DNA of 64,000 nt. It comes from a virus. Shown here piece by piece: positions 21,768 to 31,381 of this stretch. The stretch lies in the IMG/VR virus record IMGVR_UViG_3300013014_001174, positions 1 to 64,000 of that record. The stretch is one strand, 5' to 3'. Each line of letters begins with the position of its first letter. Position 1 is the stretch's first letter. Both the position numbers and the translations under genes were made by a program. The notes below the pieces were generated by a model, which saw nothing but the letters and a program-made list of their open reading frames with translations, was not told the origin of the DNA and did not search any database.

Positions 21768-22404
21768 TTAATATATTTATATAAAAAAAGATATTATGAC
21801 AAATTATATTATAAATGAATGTTTAACTAACGATGTATATATTATTTCAGCGGTAACGTTAACGTTGGGAGAATCGATAAGGTTTGGTGTTGGTGAGGAT
21901 CTATTTTGTGGTAATGTTGTGACCGTAACTGAGGAATCTATAACACCTCTTTCTTACTTGAATGCTCAATATCCAAATTGTTGTGAGTGTTTAGCCGATA
22001 ATGTAGAATCTTTAAATTTTAAATTTATACAATGTGGTACAGAAAATGAAATTAATATAGAAGCACTTAATTTTTGTGATCAATTTGGATCACCCACTAC
22101 AGGTCTTACTTATGAAATACAATTTGCTTCTGAAACACCATTTTGTGCTACTTTTGGAGGGTTAAGTGAATCAGGTCAAACAGATTATTCATACGTTTCA
22201 GGGCCCTTTTCGGTTTGTGAAGATTGTGGAGAAGAACTACCAAGAAGCGCAAATACAGAAAACTTTATTTGTATTCCAGATTGTGAATTTACTGGATCAA
22301 CGGCGGTAACGCCACCACACCCAGTATGGACTGATGGTTATGGAACTGAAGTAACTCAATTAAATATGATAGTTTTAGGAGGACCTAACGGATTAAACGC
22401 TTAA
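21603..22404 (+). repeat. 165-bp imperfect direct repeat (21603-21767 and 22240-22404)
   Basis: Near-identical sequence encoding both C-termini; differences mostly synonymous. Confidence 0.9.
21796..22404 (+). CDS. Cys-rich paralog of the upstream protein
   Basis: CxxC modules and the shared PRSANTENFIC...NGLN C-terminus. Confidence 0.6.
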   Translation: MTNYIINECLTNDVYIISAVTLTLGESIRFGVGEDLFCGNVVTVTEESITPLSYLNAQYPNCCECLADNVESLNFKFIQCGTENEINIEALNFCDQFGSPTTGLTYEIQFASETPFCATFGGLSESGQTDYSYVSGPFSVCEDCGEELPRSANTENFICIPDCEFTGSTAVTPPHPVWTDGYGTEVTQLNMIVLGGPNGLNA

Positions 22405-22408
22405 TAAT

Positions 22409-22864
22409 ATGAGAAATTTAGATAGAATTATAAAAAAAGTTTTAAGAGAAGAAGAGGAACATAGGTCTGGAAGATATATGTTTTTTTCTAACTTAGAACA
22501 AATGAGAAGACAATGTGATTTATTACTTGATTTAGATGAAGAAATGGTTGAGTCTATTTTAGAAAATGGTCACGATTGGGCTCAAGATCACATCTCTGAA
22601 GCAAAAAATAATATGGATCAAGTTTTTGATTTTATTATGAATGAATCAAAAAAAGATGGTATGGAAATGTCTATGAATATTGACGATAAGGATATGGTTA
22701 TGTCAGAAGGTAAGAAAAAAAAGAATGTTGCAACTAATAAAAAATTATGGCAACAATCTTTATCTTGGGCTAGAGCAAGATACGACGTTTGTCCGAGCGC
22801 ATATTGTAATGGCGCTGCCGTTAAGAGGTACAACTCTAAAGGTGGTAAGTGGATAAAAAAATAA
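22409..22864 (+). CDS. Hypothetical protein, candidate internal head protein
   Basis: N-terminal LDRIIKKVLRE; basic C-terminal PSAY..G...K.Y..KGGKW domain. Confidence 0.65.
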   Translation: MRNLDRIIKKVLREEEEHRSGRYMFFSNLEQMRRQCDLLLDLDEEMVESILENGHDWAQDHISEAKNNMDQVFDFIMNESKKDGMEMSMNIDDKDMVMSEGKKKKNVATNKKLWQQSLSWARARYDVCPSAYCNGAAVKRYNSKGGKWIKK

Positions 22865-22909
22865 TTTACAGATTTAGACACTTTACCCAAATTCCATATA
22901 TTTATATAT

Positions 22910-23815
22910 ATGGAAACAAAGTATTGTAAAGAATGTAATGAATTAAAACCATTAAGTGAGTTTTATACTTCACAAAAAGGTTTATTATGTAAACATCACC
23001 ACAAATTACGAGGCAGAACCAACAAAAAAAAGTATAGACAAGATCCAAAAAATATTGAAAAAGAAAAATTAAAATCACAAGAAAGAAAATTGAGATTATG
23101 GGTCAATAATTTATTACACTCAACAAAAAGAAGGAATTGTGAAAATACATTAACTATTGACGAAATTCTTGAAATTTATAAAAACCAACGCGGTCTATGC
23201 TATTGGTTTAATATACCTTTAATTCCAACACTAACGAATAAACACCCACAACAACCTTCAATTGATAGACTAGATAGGTTTAAAGGTTATACAAAGGATA
23301 ATGTTGTTTTAACTTGTTATGTTGCTAATATTGGAAGAAATGAAACAAGCGTTGATGTTTGGCAAAATTTTATTTCTTTATTATTTAGTGGTAAATCACA
23401 AGAATCCAATTTAGGTTCTGAAATTATTAATTTAAAAAATAAAATTCAAGAATTAGAAACTAAAGATGAATTTGTAATATACGATGAAAATTTAAATGAA
23501 ACGGTTGTTACAAATTTATATGAATATGGTAGACAAAATAATATTAATCAAAATACTTTAAGTTCTATCAGAAAGAAAAGAAAAAGAAACACCCAAAAAG
23601 GTTTAATAATTTTAAACAGAAGTAAAAATGAAACAATTGAAAAAAGAGTTTATAAATTAATATCACCAGATGGTGTTGAATTTAATTTAACTTCCTTGAG
23701 AAATTTTTGTTTAGAGTACGGTTTGAACGACAGTGCTTTACATAGGGTTGGTAAAGGTGATTTACAACATTATAAAGGTTGGAAATGTGAATATAATAAA
23801 ATACTATTAAAATAG
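22910..23815 (+). CDS. Putative free-standing homing endonuclease (His-Me finger/HNH-like with DNA-binding repeats)
   Basis: Zn-finger CKEC, SIDRLDRFKGYTKDNVVLTC..AN motif, C-terminal NUMOD-like repeats ending HYKGW. Confidence 0.6.
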   Translation: METKYCKECNELKPLSEFYTSQKGLLCKHHHKLRGRTNKKKYRQDPKNIEKEKLKSQERKLRLWVNNLLHSTKRRNCENTLTIDEILEIYKNQRGLCYWFNIPLIPTLTNKHPQQPSIDRLDRFKGYTKDNVVLTCYVANIGRNETSVDVWQNFISLLFSGKSQESNLGSEIINLKNKIQELETKDEFVIYDENLNETVVTNLYEYGRQNNINQNTLSSIRKKRKRNTQKGLIILNRSKNETIEKRVYKLISPDGVEFNLTSLRNFCLEYGLNDSALHRVGKGDLQHYKGWKCEYNKILLK

Positions 23816-23848
23816 TTTGTTTATTTCAAATAAAATTCACTATCTTTG
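23816..23848 (+). promoter_or_regulatory. Bacteroidota sigma70-type promoter (TTTG...TATCTTTG)
   Basis: TTTG at 23816-19 and TATCTTTG at 23841-48, upstream of ORF 23869. Confidence 0.7.
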
Positions 23849-23868
23849 TAGAACAATAAACAAAAGAT

Positions 23869-24300
23869 ATGAAAAAAAGAATTAAGAGATTTTTTAAAAG
23901 GTTAAAATTAAAAACGTATTTGTATTTTAAAAAGATTGGTTTTGCACCAACACATCAGGATGACCCAGCAACTTATGAAAAAACTTGTTTTCTGATTTGT
24001 CTTAAAGTAATACAACATCCAGATACAAAGTTTATGATTGCACCAATGTCAAATAAAAGGTATCTTGAAAATAAAGAAATTGATATTTTTATAACAATGG
24101 ATTATGGTCGTGTCGATTTAACAAATCACGTATATCATTATAGTGTTAAATTAAGTAACAGAGATTGGGAAAGAATGTCTAAAATATTTGACGTAGAAAC
24201 AGAAAAAAGACGTTTAAAATATGAGGACATAATAAACTCTCAAATAAAAAATTCGTTACATAACGTATTAGAAAAAGTATCAAAAAGTGTTAACCAATAA
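23869..24300 (+). CDS. Hypothetical protein
   Basis: ORF with its own promoter. Confidence 0.7.
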   Translation: MKKRIKRFFKRLKLKTYLYFKKIGFAPTHQDDPATYEKTCFLICLKVIQHPDTKFMIAPMSNKRYLENKEIDIFITMDYGRVDLTNHVYHYSVKLSNRDWERMSKIFDVETEKRRLKYEDIINSQIKNSLHNVLEKVSKSVNQ

Positions 24301-24310
24301 TTTATATAAG

Positions 24311-24583
24311 ATGAAAAATTTAATTTTAGTTTTAGTAGTCATATCAACTTTATTTAGTTGTAAAAATTCGTCAAAATTGACGTATAACACTTACAATGAT
24401 AATACACCATATACGTACAAAATGGGTAATACAAAAAATAATGAAATTGATTTAATGAAATTAACTCCATTTGAGCGAGCTCTTATAAATACTTGGTCAG
24501 AAATGAGTGAAGAAGAACAAAATAAAATTAAGAGTTGTTTTATTTCATCTTCAAAAATTGACTCTTTATTTATTAAAAATTAA
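24311..24583 (+). CDS. Small lipoprotein
   Basis: MKNLILVLVVISTLFSC signal peptide with lipobox. Confidence 0.6.
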   Translation: MKNLILVLVVISTLFSCKNSSKLTYNTYNDNTPYTYKMGNTKNNEIDLMKLTPFERALINTWSEMSEEEQNKIKSCFISSSKIDSLFIKN

Positions 24584-26193
24584 ATATCGTTATTTAAATC
24601 CCAGTTATCTTTTAATTCTGTTAAAAATTCACCATTAGGTGTATTACTAATAATACGACAAAAAGAATTTCTTCCGGTACTTGATGTGTCAAAAATAATG
24701 TGTTTTTTATCATTTTGACCAATATTTAAAATACTACTAAGGATTTCATCAATTGGCTTTAGAGTAAATTCATAACTTGGTGTGTTATACATATCTGGAA
24801 ATCCTGATCCAGATCCTGGTGGTGTATATGGTTTTTTATTTTGGTTAACATTAAAAACTAAACCGTATTTGTCAGTTTCAGTATATTCAAAACCACTACC
24901 CCAAGGTTCACCAATTTTATGTCCTCTATCTTGGAAACTACCACCTGCTAATACTCGTGATTCAGTATCTAAAATACCAGAAATAGTTTCGGTACCACCA
25001 ATTTGTATCTTTTCATTTGGCGAAGTCCCAACTAATTTATAACTTGTACATTCTAATTTTATTTCTTGATTTGGTGATATTATAGGTTTTTCTTTTTCTT
25101 CGTTTAAAACTCTTTTAACAATTCTTGTTAAATCATCTTCCGTAAGTGTAATAATTCTTCTTTTCATATTTTCATTTGTTTTTTTCCTATTTGAAACCAT
25201 TACTGGTTTTTGCCCTTTTCCGGATTGAGGGTCGTTTTTTTCGGCTTTTCTTTTTTGACTACAAGCATTTCTTTTTTGTGAATCTGACATTTTTCCTGCA
25301 ACACCTGCTGCTCTACATTTTGGATAGGAACCTTCACTAGCATCTGATCTTCCACAAGGTGGATGTTTACCATCAACTTTTCTACATATATCAACCCAAG
25401 GACCTTTTGGTTGTGAAGAACCCTTTGGTTTTTTCTTTTTACCAAACCAAACAGCCAAATCTTCGTTCATTTTTTGTCTTTTAAGAATATCTTTTTTTGT
25501 TACCACTTTTCTTTTTAAAGGTCTATACCATTCAATAGGGTCATTTGTTAGTTGTCCTTTTGATAATTGTGATTCGTGTTCACCATCAACATCATATGTT
25601 GTAACTTCAAATTTACCTTGTTGTGGTTCCCAACCTCCAACAACTTTATAAACATTTTTTTTCGTTGTTCTTTTTTTAAAAAAATTATTTACCGGACTAT
25701 CGCTTTCGATATCAAAAGCCCCAAGTTCTGATTTTTTCCATTTTCTCATTCCAAGCTCTTGCGGACCAGAATATTCACCAGCAGTTGTTGTTGTGGTTAT
25801 TTCGTTAATTTTTAGTTTCTTTTTTTGGTGTTTTACCGGTACAATTTCTAATTTTTTTGAGTTTTCTTTACCACTTGGTGTTCTATTTAAAACATTACCA
25901 TCTTCATCACTATTTGTTGACCCTGGGTGTTTCTTTATAAAATTTGATATTTTTCTTGCAACTTTTTCGAGTTCTCGTATTTGATTACTTCTTAAATCCC
26001 AATCGTGATCATAACTATCATAGGCAACTAAAGGACTTTTATAGTTTGATACTGAATCTGTAAATGGGGCTAATTTTGGTTTATCAAAATCACGCATTCC
26101 AGGTTGTAATGGAGCCACGTATGAACCTCTACCACCAGTTGAATCTCCAGTTGCTTCTTTTAATATTTTCTTTATTAAATCCTTAATTATCAT
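24580..26193 (-). CDS. Modular hypothetical protein, candidate processed internal head protein
   Basis: IKDLIKKILKE N-terminus and internal ITLTEDDLTRIVKRVLNE motif. Confidence 0.65.
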   Translation of the reverse strand: MIIKDLIKKILKEATGDSTGGRGSYVAPLQPGMRDFDKPKLAPFTDSVSNYKSPLVAYDSYDHDWDLRSNQIRELEKVARKISNFIKKHPGSTNSDEDGNVLNRTPSGKENSKKLEIVPVKHQKKKLKINEITTTTTAGEYSGPQELGMRKWKKSELGAFDIESDSPVNNFFKKRTTKKNVYKVVGGWEPQQGKFEVTTYDVDGEHESQLSKGQLTNDPIEWYRPLKRKVVTKKDILKRQKMNEDLAVWFGKKKKPKGSSQPKGPWVDICRKVDGKHPPCGRSDASEGSYPKCRAAGVAGKMSDSQKRNACSQKRKAEKNDPQSGKGQKPVMVSNRKKTNENMKRRIITLTEDDLTRIVKRVLNEEKEKPIISPNQEIKLECTSYKLVGTSPNEKIQIGGTETISGILDTESRVLAGGSFQDRGHKIGEPWGSGFEYTETDKYGLVFNVNQNKKPYTPPGSGSGFPDMYNTPSYEFTLKPIDEILSSILNIGQNDKKHIIFDTSSTGRNSFCRIISNTPNGEFLTELKDNWDLNNDI

Positions 26194-26216
26194 TACTATA
26201 ATAAATATCATAATAT

Positions 26217-26429
26217 ATGGAAAACGAAAATAAACTATTTGGTACTTTATTTGGTTCTATAGACTTAAAAACTGAAGAACATTTGGATATTATCCTTACT
26301 ACTATGGATAAAGACCACTCCATATATTATCTAGTTGAGGCCATAAAATCAGCCCATAGAAAGGGTGCGTTTACAATTGGTGAAACTGAAGTCGTATCAA
26401 AGGCTATTAGAACTATGTCTAGACAGTAA
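26217..26429 (+). CDS. Hypothetical protein
   Basis: 70-aa ORF. Confidence 0.6.
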   Translation: MENENKLFGTLFGSIDLKTEEHLDIILTTMDKDHSIYYLVEAIKSAHRKGAFTIGETEVVSKAIRTMSRQ

Positions 26430-26876
26430 ATGTACTTTGTATAGCATAATATGTAGGTGATAAACACATAATGTTATTATTCCCCAAGTCTCCATCCAAA
26501 AAAACCCATTAAATATCCAGAAAAAAATTGATATTAAATAGATATAAAAATAGTATTTTAATCTTTTTGTAAGGTATAGTGGAATCAAACAAGAAAGAAA
26601 AAAAAGTATTGCAAATAGGTTATGTAACCAAAAATGACTGGGAACTGAAAATGCGGTTAATAATAGTAAAAACATTGACGGTATTTTCCATTCATCTAAC
26701 TCAAAAAAAAAATAACTCACAAGGGCATTTGTTAATATAAATAAAAATTGTAACTCCGTTTCCCAGGCTTGGGATACTGAATCTAGTTCCCCACAGTAAA
26801 AATAAATAATAAAAGGTTGTAGGATAGCAAGTACTATAACAAACAACCTTCTAATAAAATCAAAACTTTTTATCAT
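26397..26876 (-). CDS. Multi-pass membrane protein
   Basis: Several hydrophobic segments. Confidence 0.7.
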   Translation of the reverse strand: MIKSFDFIRRLFVIVLAILQPFIIYFYCGELDSVSQAWETELQFLFILTNALVSYFFFELDEWKIPSMFLLLLTAFSVPSHFWLHNLFAILFFLSCLIPLYLTKRLKYYFYIYLISIFFWIFNGFFWMETWGIITLCVYHLHIMLYKVHLLSRHSSNSL

Positions 26877-29305
26877 CGTATAATTTTTCTCATTGTACCA
26901 TCATCATATATTTCAATAATAACACCTTTTGATTCTGAACCAACCTCTTGACCTAATAAATTAACGTATTTTACAATCTTTTTATCTGTCTGATAGTTTG
27001 TTATAACTATAGGTCCGTAAGTCTTGTATTGACCATCAAAATCATATTGTTGTAATCTGTAGTACACCACCGAGTTGTTTGAAAATTGATCAACGTATGA
27101 ATATTCAATCAGTTCGTTTGAATTACCTGCAGATCCTTTTTGACCAACACTTCTCCATTCATAACCATCAATACTTCTTTGTATTAAAAAGTAATTAGAG
27201 TTATATTCACTTGATGTTGCCCATTTTAAAAGATTTGTTGTTTCATACCCAACACCCTCAAAATACAACATCTCAACTGGTAATGGTTGTGGTGATGTAA
27301 CTGAAATACCAAACGTACCGGTTGTCCCACCATTATATTCCCATATTCTAATATAAATTGTTTCATATTCAGTAAAATCGCTTCTTGATATAAACGACAT
27401 TGCCCCATTTAATGAATTATCATCATCACATTGTATTTCTACTAATGATCCTGGCGTACCTCTATAAATTGCCATACCACCATCAGTTATCACACCGGTT
27501 TGTGTGTCAAAATCTAATGATGTTACATATTGTGGAAGTGTAACTTTAAACCAAACATCTTCACCAACATATGCAGCACAACTAGGTGTTAATTCAGTAG
27601 TTGTGTTAGTTGCGTTTGTATTAGTATAAGTGACATATGTTACTGTATTTGATATTGTTAAATCAATAGCTCCACTTGGGTTATCATTGATTGGTGGTAC
27701 AGGAGGTGCGGTACAAGTTCTAGATATCGTAAACGTTCCTGTTGAAGTACTACTGGTTAAATAATGAGCAACATAAATATAATACTGAACACCTACCGTT
27801 GTTGTAAATGTATATGTTTCAGTAGAAAATGAATTATCAATGTTAGTTATGTAAGTTAATCCACTACAAGATCCTGACATAAATAATAAACTATGGTCAA
27901 ATGTTGTTGTTGATGTGATGGTTGTTTGTTGACCGTCACCCGCAAATGTATACCAAACACCATAATTAGATGATAATGAAAATGGTGCAGTTTCAACAAC
28001 CGTACCTACTGTCGTACCTGCTAATGAGCTAGTACCACAAGAAACATTTACAGCTCCAGAACAATAATCATTTGCTGGTGGTGGTAATGGAGAGGTTGAA
28101 CTTGCGGACGCATTCCAAGAACTATACGTTCCTCCACAATTACTTCTAACATATAATATATAGGTTGTATTTTGAGTTAATGATGAGGTAGATGCCGATG
28201 TAACTCCCGCACCAACACTACCACTAGCAGTTAATCCTGTTGCACCACTACCCCCTAAACCTGAAGTTCTAATTTCCCATTCATACCCATTTGTCGGTAA
28301 TGATGGTGATGCCGACCAAGATAAATTAGCCGAGGTTGGGGATGTGTAAGTTACTAATAATGGTGATGGTGCCGCGCAAGACGGTGGCGTCCAAGTGTAT
28401 GTTAAACCAGAAGCTGGTTTAACTGTACTTGAAAGTGTTACAGTTGATGTATTTAATGTCCCTGCGGTTGTTGATGCCCAATTTGTTGTGGTTGTTCTGT
28501 TATTAAACGCAGTTGCCCCTCGTATTCCCACTTGAAATGTTGTTGCAGTAGCACTACCAGTCCCTAAATCAGGGCCTAATATATTATAAACAAATTGTAT
28601 TGTGTTTGTTGTTTCGTTTAATTTTATTTGGAAATTATATAATTCACCAAAAAATCCTGATGTGGTATATCTTTGAAATCCTGTAAATTGTACTGTACAC
28701 GTTCTATTAGGTGCGGTACCTGAAGTTAAATATCTAATACCAAAAGTATTTCTACTAAATCTAAAATGGCGAAGAGTTCCTGTGGATGTCGCATTTGCTG
28801 ACATAGTAATTGTAGTTGCCGTTTTAGATGATACCGTAGCACCTGCAGGAATACCTGTACCACTAACTTTATCACCAACTAAAATTTGACTAATGTCTCC
28901 TGAAGTTACAGTAACCGTAGGGTTAGCATTTGTAGTACTAACTCGTAAATTACCACGACCTATAAGATCATTCCCCATTGGAGAAATAGAATTTGCTGAT
29001 GATGATATTGGCGTGTAATTAGTACCTGTAGGTGTAGCACCTAATATGATAAACCCATTTTGACTAATACCGAATGTTGTAAAAACACTACCTTCGTATG
29101 TAAAATTAAATCCAATTGGTTGGGGGGCATACACACCGTCATCAAAAAAGACCGTATTTGTCCAAGTCGTGAAATTATCGGCATTAGTACCACCGGCAAT
29201 AGGTGTATAAGTTCCTGTTGATGACCCAAATGTATAAGAACTAACTTGTGAATTAACAAAAAAACTTGTTAAAATTGTGAATAAAATTATTATATAGTTT
29301 TTCAT
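26873..29305 (-). CDS. Secreted Bacteroidota-type surface protein (FN3-like repeat, T9SS-like C-terminal region)
   Basis: Signal peptide; PPANDYC and PPIND repeats; PLPVE...W.T.SE.N...YYRLQQYDFDG; NLLGQ...G..I...DDG...KII terminus. Confidence 0.75.
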   Translation of the reverse strand: MKNYIIILFTILTSFFVNSQVSSYTFGSSTGTYTPIAGGTNADNFTTWTNTVFFDDGVYAPQPIGFNFTYEGSVFTTFGISQNGFIILGATPTGTNYTPISSSANSISPMGNDLIGRGNLRVSTTNANPTVTVTSGDISQILVGDKVSGTGIPAGATVSSKTATTITMSANATSTGTLRHFRFSRNTFGIRYLTSGTAPNRTCTVQFTGFQRYTTSGFFGELYNFQIKLNETTNTIQFVYNILGPDLGTGSATATTFQVGIRGATAFNNRTTTTNWASTTAGTLNTSTVTLSSTVKPASGLTYTWTPPSCAAPSPLLVTYTSPTSANLSWSASPSLPTNGYEWEIRTSGLGGSGATGLTASGSVGAGVTSASTSSLTQNTTYILYVRSNCGGTYSSWNASASSTSPLPPPANDYCSGAVNVSCGTSSLAGTTVGTVVETAPFSLSSNYGVWYTFAGDGQQTTITSTTTFDHSLLFMSGSCSGLTYITNIDNSFSTETYTFTTTVGVQYYIYVAHYLTSSTSTGTFTISRTCTAPPVPPINDNPSGAIDLTISNTVTYVTYTNTNATNTTTELTPSCAAYVGEDVWFKVTLPQYVTSLDFDTQTGVITDGGMAIYRGTPGSLVEIQCDDDNSLNGAMSFISRSDFTEYETIYIRIWEYNGGTTGTFGISVTSPQPLPVEMLYFEGVGYETTNLLKWATSSEYNSNYFLIQRSIDGYEWRSVGQKGSAGNSNELIEYSYVDQFSNNSVVYYRLQQYDFDGQYKTYGPIVITNYQTDKKIVKYVNLLGQEVGSESKGVIIEIYDDGTMRKIIR

Positions 29306-29404
29306 AATTAAATATTTTTACTTAATAAATAGTTTAAAAAACAATTTAAAACAAGTGTAAAACTTAATAAATGAACATTAACCGGCGTTAAATTATTATA
29401 TAAC

Positions 29405-29434
29405 AAAAAAAGGAGACAATTTCTTGTCTCCTTT
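29405..29434 (-). terminator. Intrinsic terminator after the major capsid gene
   Basis: AAAGGAGACAA/TTGTCTCCTTT hairpin with T-run on the minus strand. Confidence 0.8.
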
Positions 29435-29456
29435 GTAGGTTATTTTAAGGGTTTGA

Positions 29457-31313
29457 TTATCTCAATTCTCTTAAATCAAACGTACGAACACCGTCAACTG
29501 TAACTCTAGCGTAGAAACGGTTATTAACCATTTTCTTAGCATAACGAGTCATTATACCTTTAATAGGTGTAAAGTTGAATGGGTTATACATTGTAGGTGT
29601 CAATTGTAGAGGTACATACGGTGCGTAGATGTAACCTGTGTCAAGTAAAGACGTTCCTTTGTGACCAATCAAAATTGTGTTTGGTGGGAAGTAAGGATCT
29701 CTATACACTTGGTAACGACCAGCTAAAGTACCAACTCTTTCAATACCCATATTGTATTGGTCTTGCTCAGGAGACGCGTTAGATACGTGGAAGTATTCTA
29801 AATCATCAAAGATCGCAGAAACTTCAGAAGAAACAACAATCCAGTTAGCACCACCTCTCAAAGTTGATTTGTGAATTTGTGCAGACAATTGGTTGATTGC
29901 AGTAATCAAAGTTTGATTCCAATCTTTTTGAGTGTAAGAAGTTGTTAAACTTAATCTTCTCCATCCGTTGTAATCCCAACGTAAATTCCAAGCAGCACCT
30001 TTTCTAAGGTCTCTAAGGATTTCACGGTCGATTTCAGCAGCAACTTGTTCAGACAATAAAGCTGTCAATTCTGCTTCAGCATCGATATTATGGAATGCAG
30101 CAACGTCTTGAGCAAGCTCTGGAGACCATTGTGCTCTTAATTTTCTTTCAGTTACAGAAACTGTTACAGACTCAAGGTCAAAAGAAACCTCACCGATTTT
30201 TTCTTCAAACTCCAATTCTTCATATCTTCTCCATACAGCAGTAAATGATGTACCAGAAGTAATTGCAGATAAAGTAGAACCTGTATATCCGTCTAATGAT
30301 GTATCACCACAAGTAGCACAAGCTGGACAAGAAAGATCAACTTCAAGAATAATACATCCATTTGCGTTACAGATGTCATAGAATGAACCACCATTTCCAG
30401 TGGTTGGGAAAGTAGTTTGTGTTGTTTCACCATACTGAACAATTCCTTTACCATATTTTTGAGTAACAACTCTAAATAAAAGTGGTTGAGCTGCTGTAGG
30501 AAGTGGACATGTGTTACCAGATGAAAAACCTAAACCAACATAATTTGGAATAATTTTAAGGTCAGAAAGGAAAGATTCTGTATCGATTTCGTTTCCGTCT
30601 GGTCCGATTAATTTTCCAGCACCAGCGATATTACTCCAACCACAAAGTTGAATTAAAACTTTTCTTGTGTTACCAACATACGCAGCATCATTATTAGATG
30701 CGGTAACTAAATTACCACCAGACCATTTAACAACTGTTGATGGAGCTGTAACAGCTGACCAACGACCTTTTGAATAGTCAAATAGACCACCTGGATCTAA
30801 TCCTGGTTCTGCACCTTCGTAGAATAAATCATAAAGATTTTTTGCGTAAGGAAAGTTTGTTGCAGACGCATCACCATAACCTTGTCCTGGATTGTTTTCA
30901 TTAGAGTTAACTGCTTCTGGAGAACCAACTGGTGGATAATGAACACCTGATGTTCCGTTATCATAACCACTTGAATATCCTTGGATTTTAGGTACGAAGT
31001 AGAACAATTTACCAATTGGTAAGTTCATAGCTTGTACAGATACGATATCGTTAGCTAATAATTTAGAGAATACTCTTCTAACGATTGGAAATACAACAGT
31101 TTCAAAAGCTCCGTTTGAGCCTTCAGAAGTCGCTTCGTTAATTAGGTGAGATGCTTGGTTTTCATATAACTGTGCAACGTTCTCTTTTAAATGTCCTTTA
31201 AGACCTTCTAGGAATCCTAATCTATCCCATTTGTTAATTGTATCTTCTTTGATAACTTTAAGGTGTTTTAAACCGATGTTACCAACAAGACCTGATTCTA
31301 ATAATGCTCCCAT
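29457..31313 (-). CDS. Major capsid protein (T4 gp23-like)
   Basis: VSVQAMNLPIG, RKLRAQWSPELAQD..AFHNIDAEAEL...EIDREI, YAPYVPL, FTPIKGIMTRY. Confidence 0.95.
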   Translation of the reverse strand: MGALLESGLVGNIGLKHLKVIKEDTINKWDRLGFLEGLKGHLKENVAQLYENQASHLINEATSEGSNGAFETVVFPIVRRVFSKLLANDIVSVQAMNLPIGKLFYFVPKIQGYSSGYDNGTSGVHYPPVGSPEAVNSNENNPGQGYGDASATNFPYAKNLYDLFYEGAEPGLDPGGLFDYSKGRWSAVTAPSTVVKWSGGNLVTASNNDAAYVGNTRKVLIQLCGWSNIAGAGKLIGPDGNEIDTESFLSDLKIIPNYVGLGFSSGNTCPLPTAAQPLLFRVVTQKYGKGIVQYGETTQTTFPTTGNGGSFYDICNANGCIILEVDLSCPACATCGDTSLDGYTGSTLSAITSGTSFTAVWRRYEELEFEEKIGEVSFDLESVTVSVTERKLRAQWSPELAQDVAAFHNIDAEAELTALLSEQVAAEIDREILRDLRKGAAWNLRWDYNGWRRLSLTTSYTQKDWNQTLITAINQLSAQIHKSTLRGGANWIVVSSEVSAIFDDLEYFHVSNASPEQDQYNMGIERVGTLAGRYQVYRDPYFPPNTILIGHKGTSLLDTGYIYAPYVPLQLTPTMYNPFNFTPIKGIMTRYAKKMVNNRFYARVTVDGVRTFDLRELR

Positions 31314-31381
31314 TTTTATTGGTTTTTTTGTTTTATTTTTTATTTATGTATATTATAAATATACTTTACTTTTAAAAAAGT

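Noticed and set aside
21603-22404. Diversity-generating retroelement TR/VR pair
   Set aside because: Both copies are coding, differences are mostly synonymous and not adenine-specific, and no reverse transcriptase is in the window.
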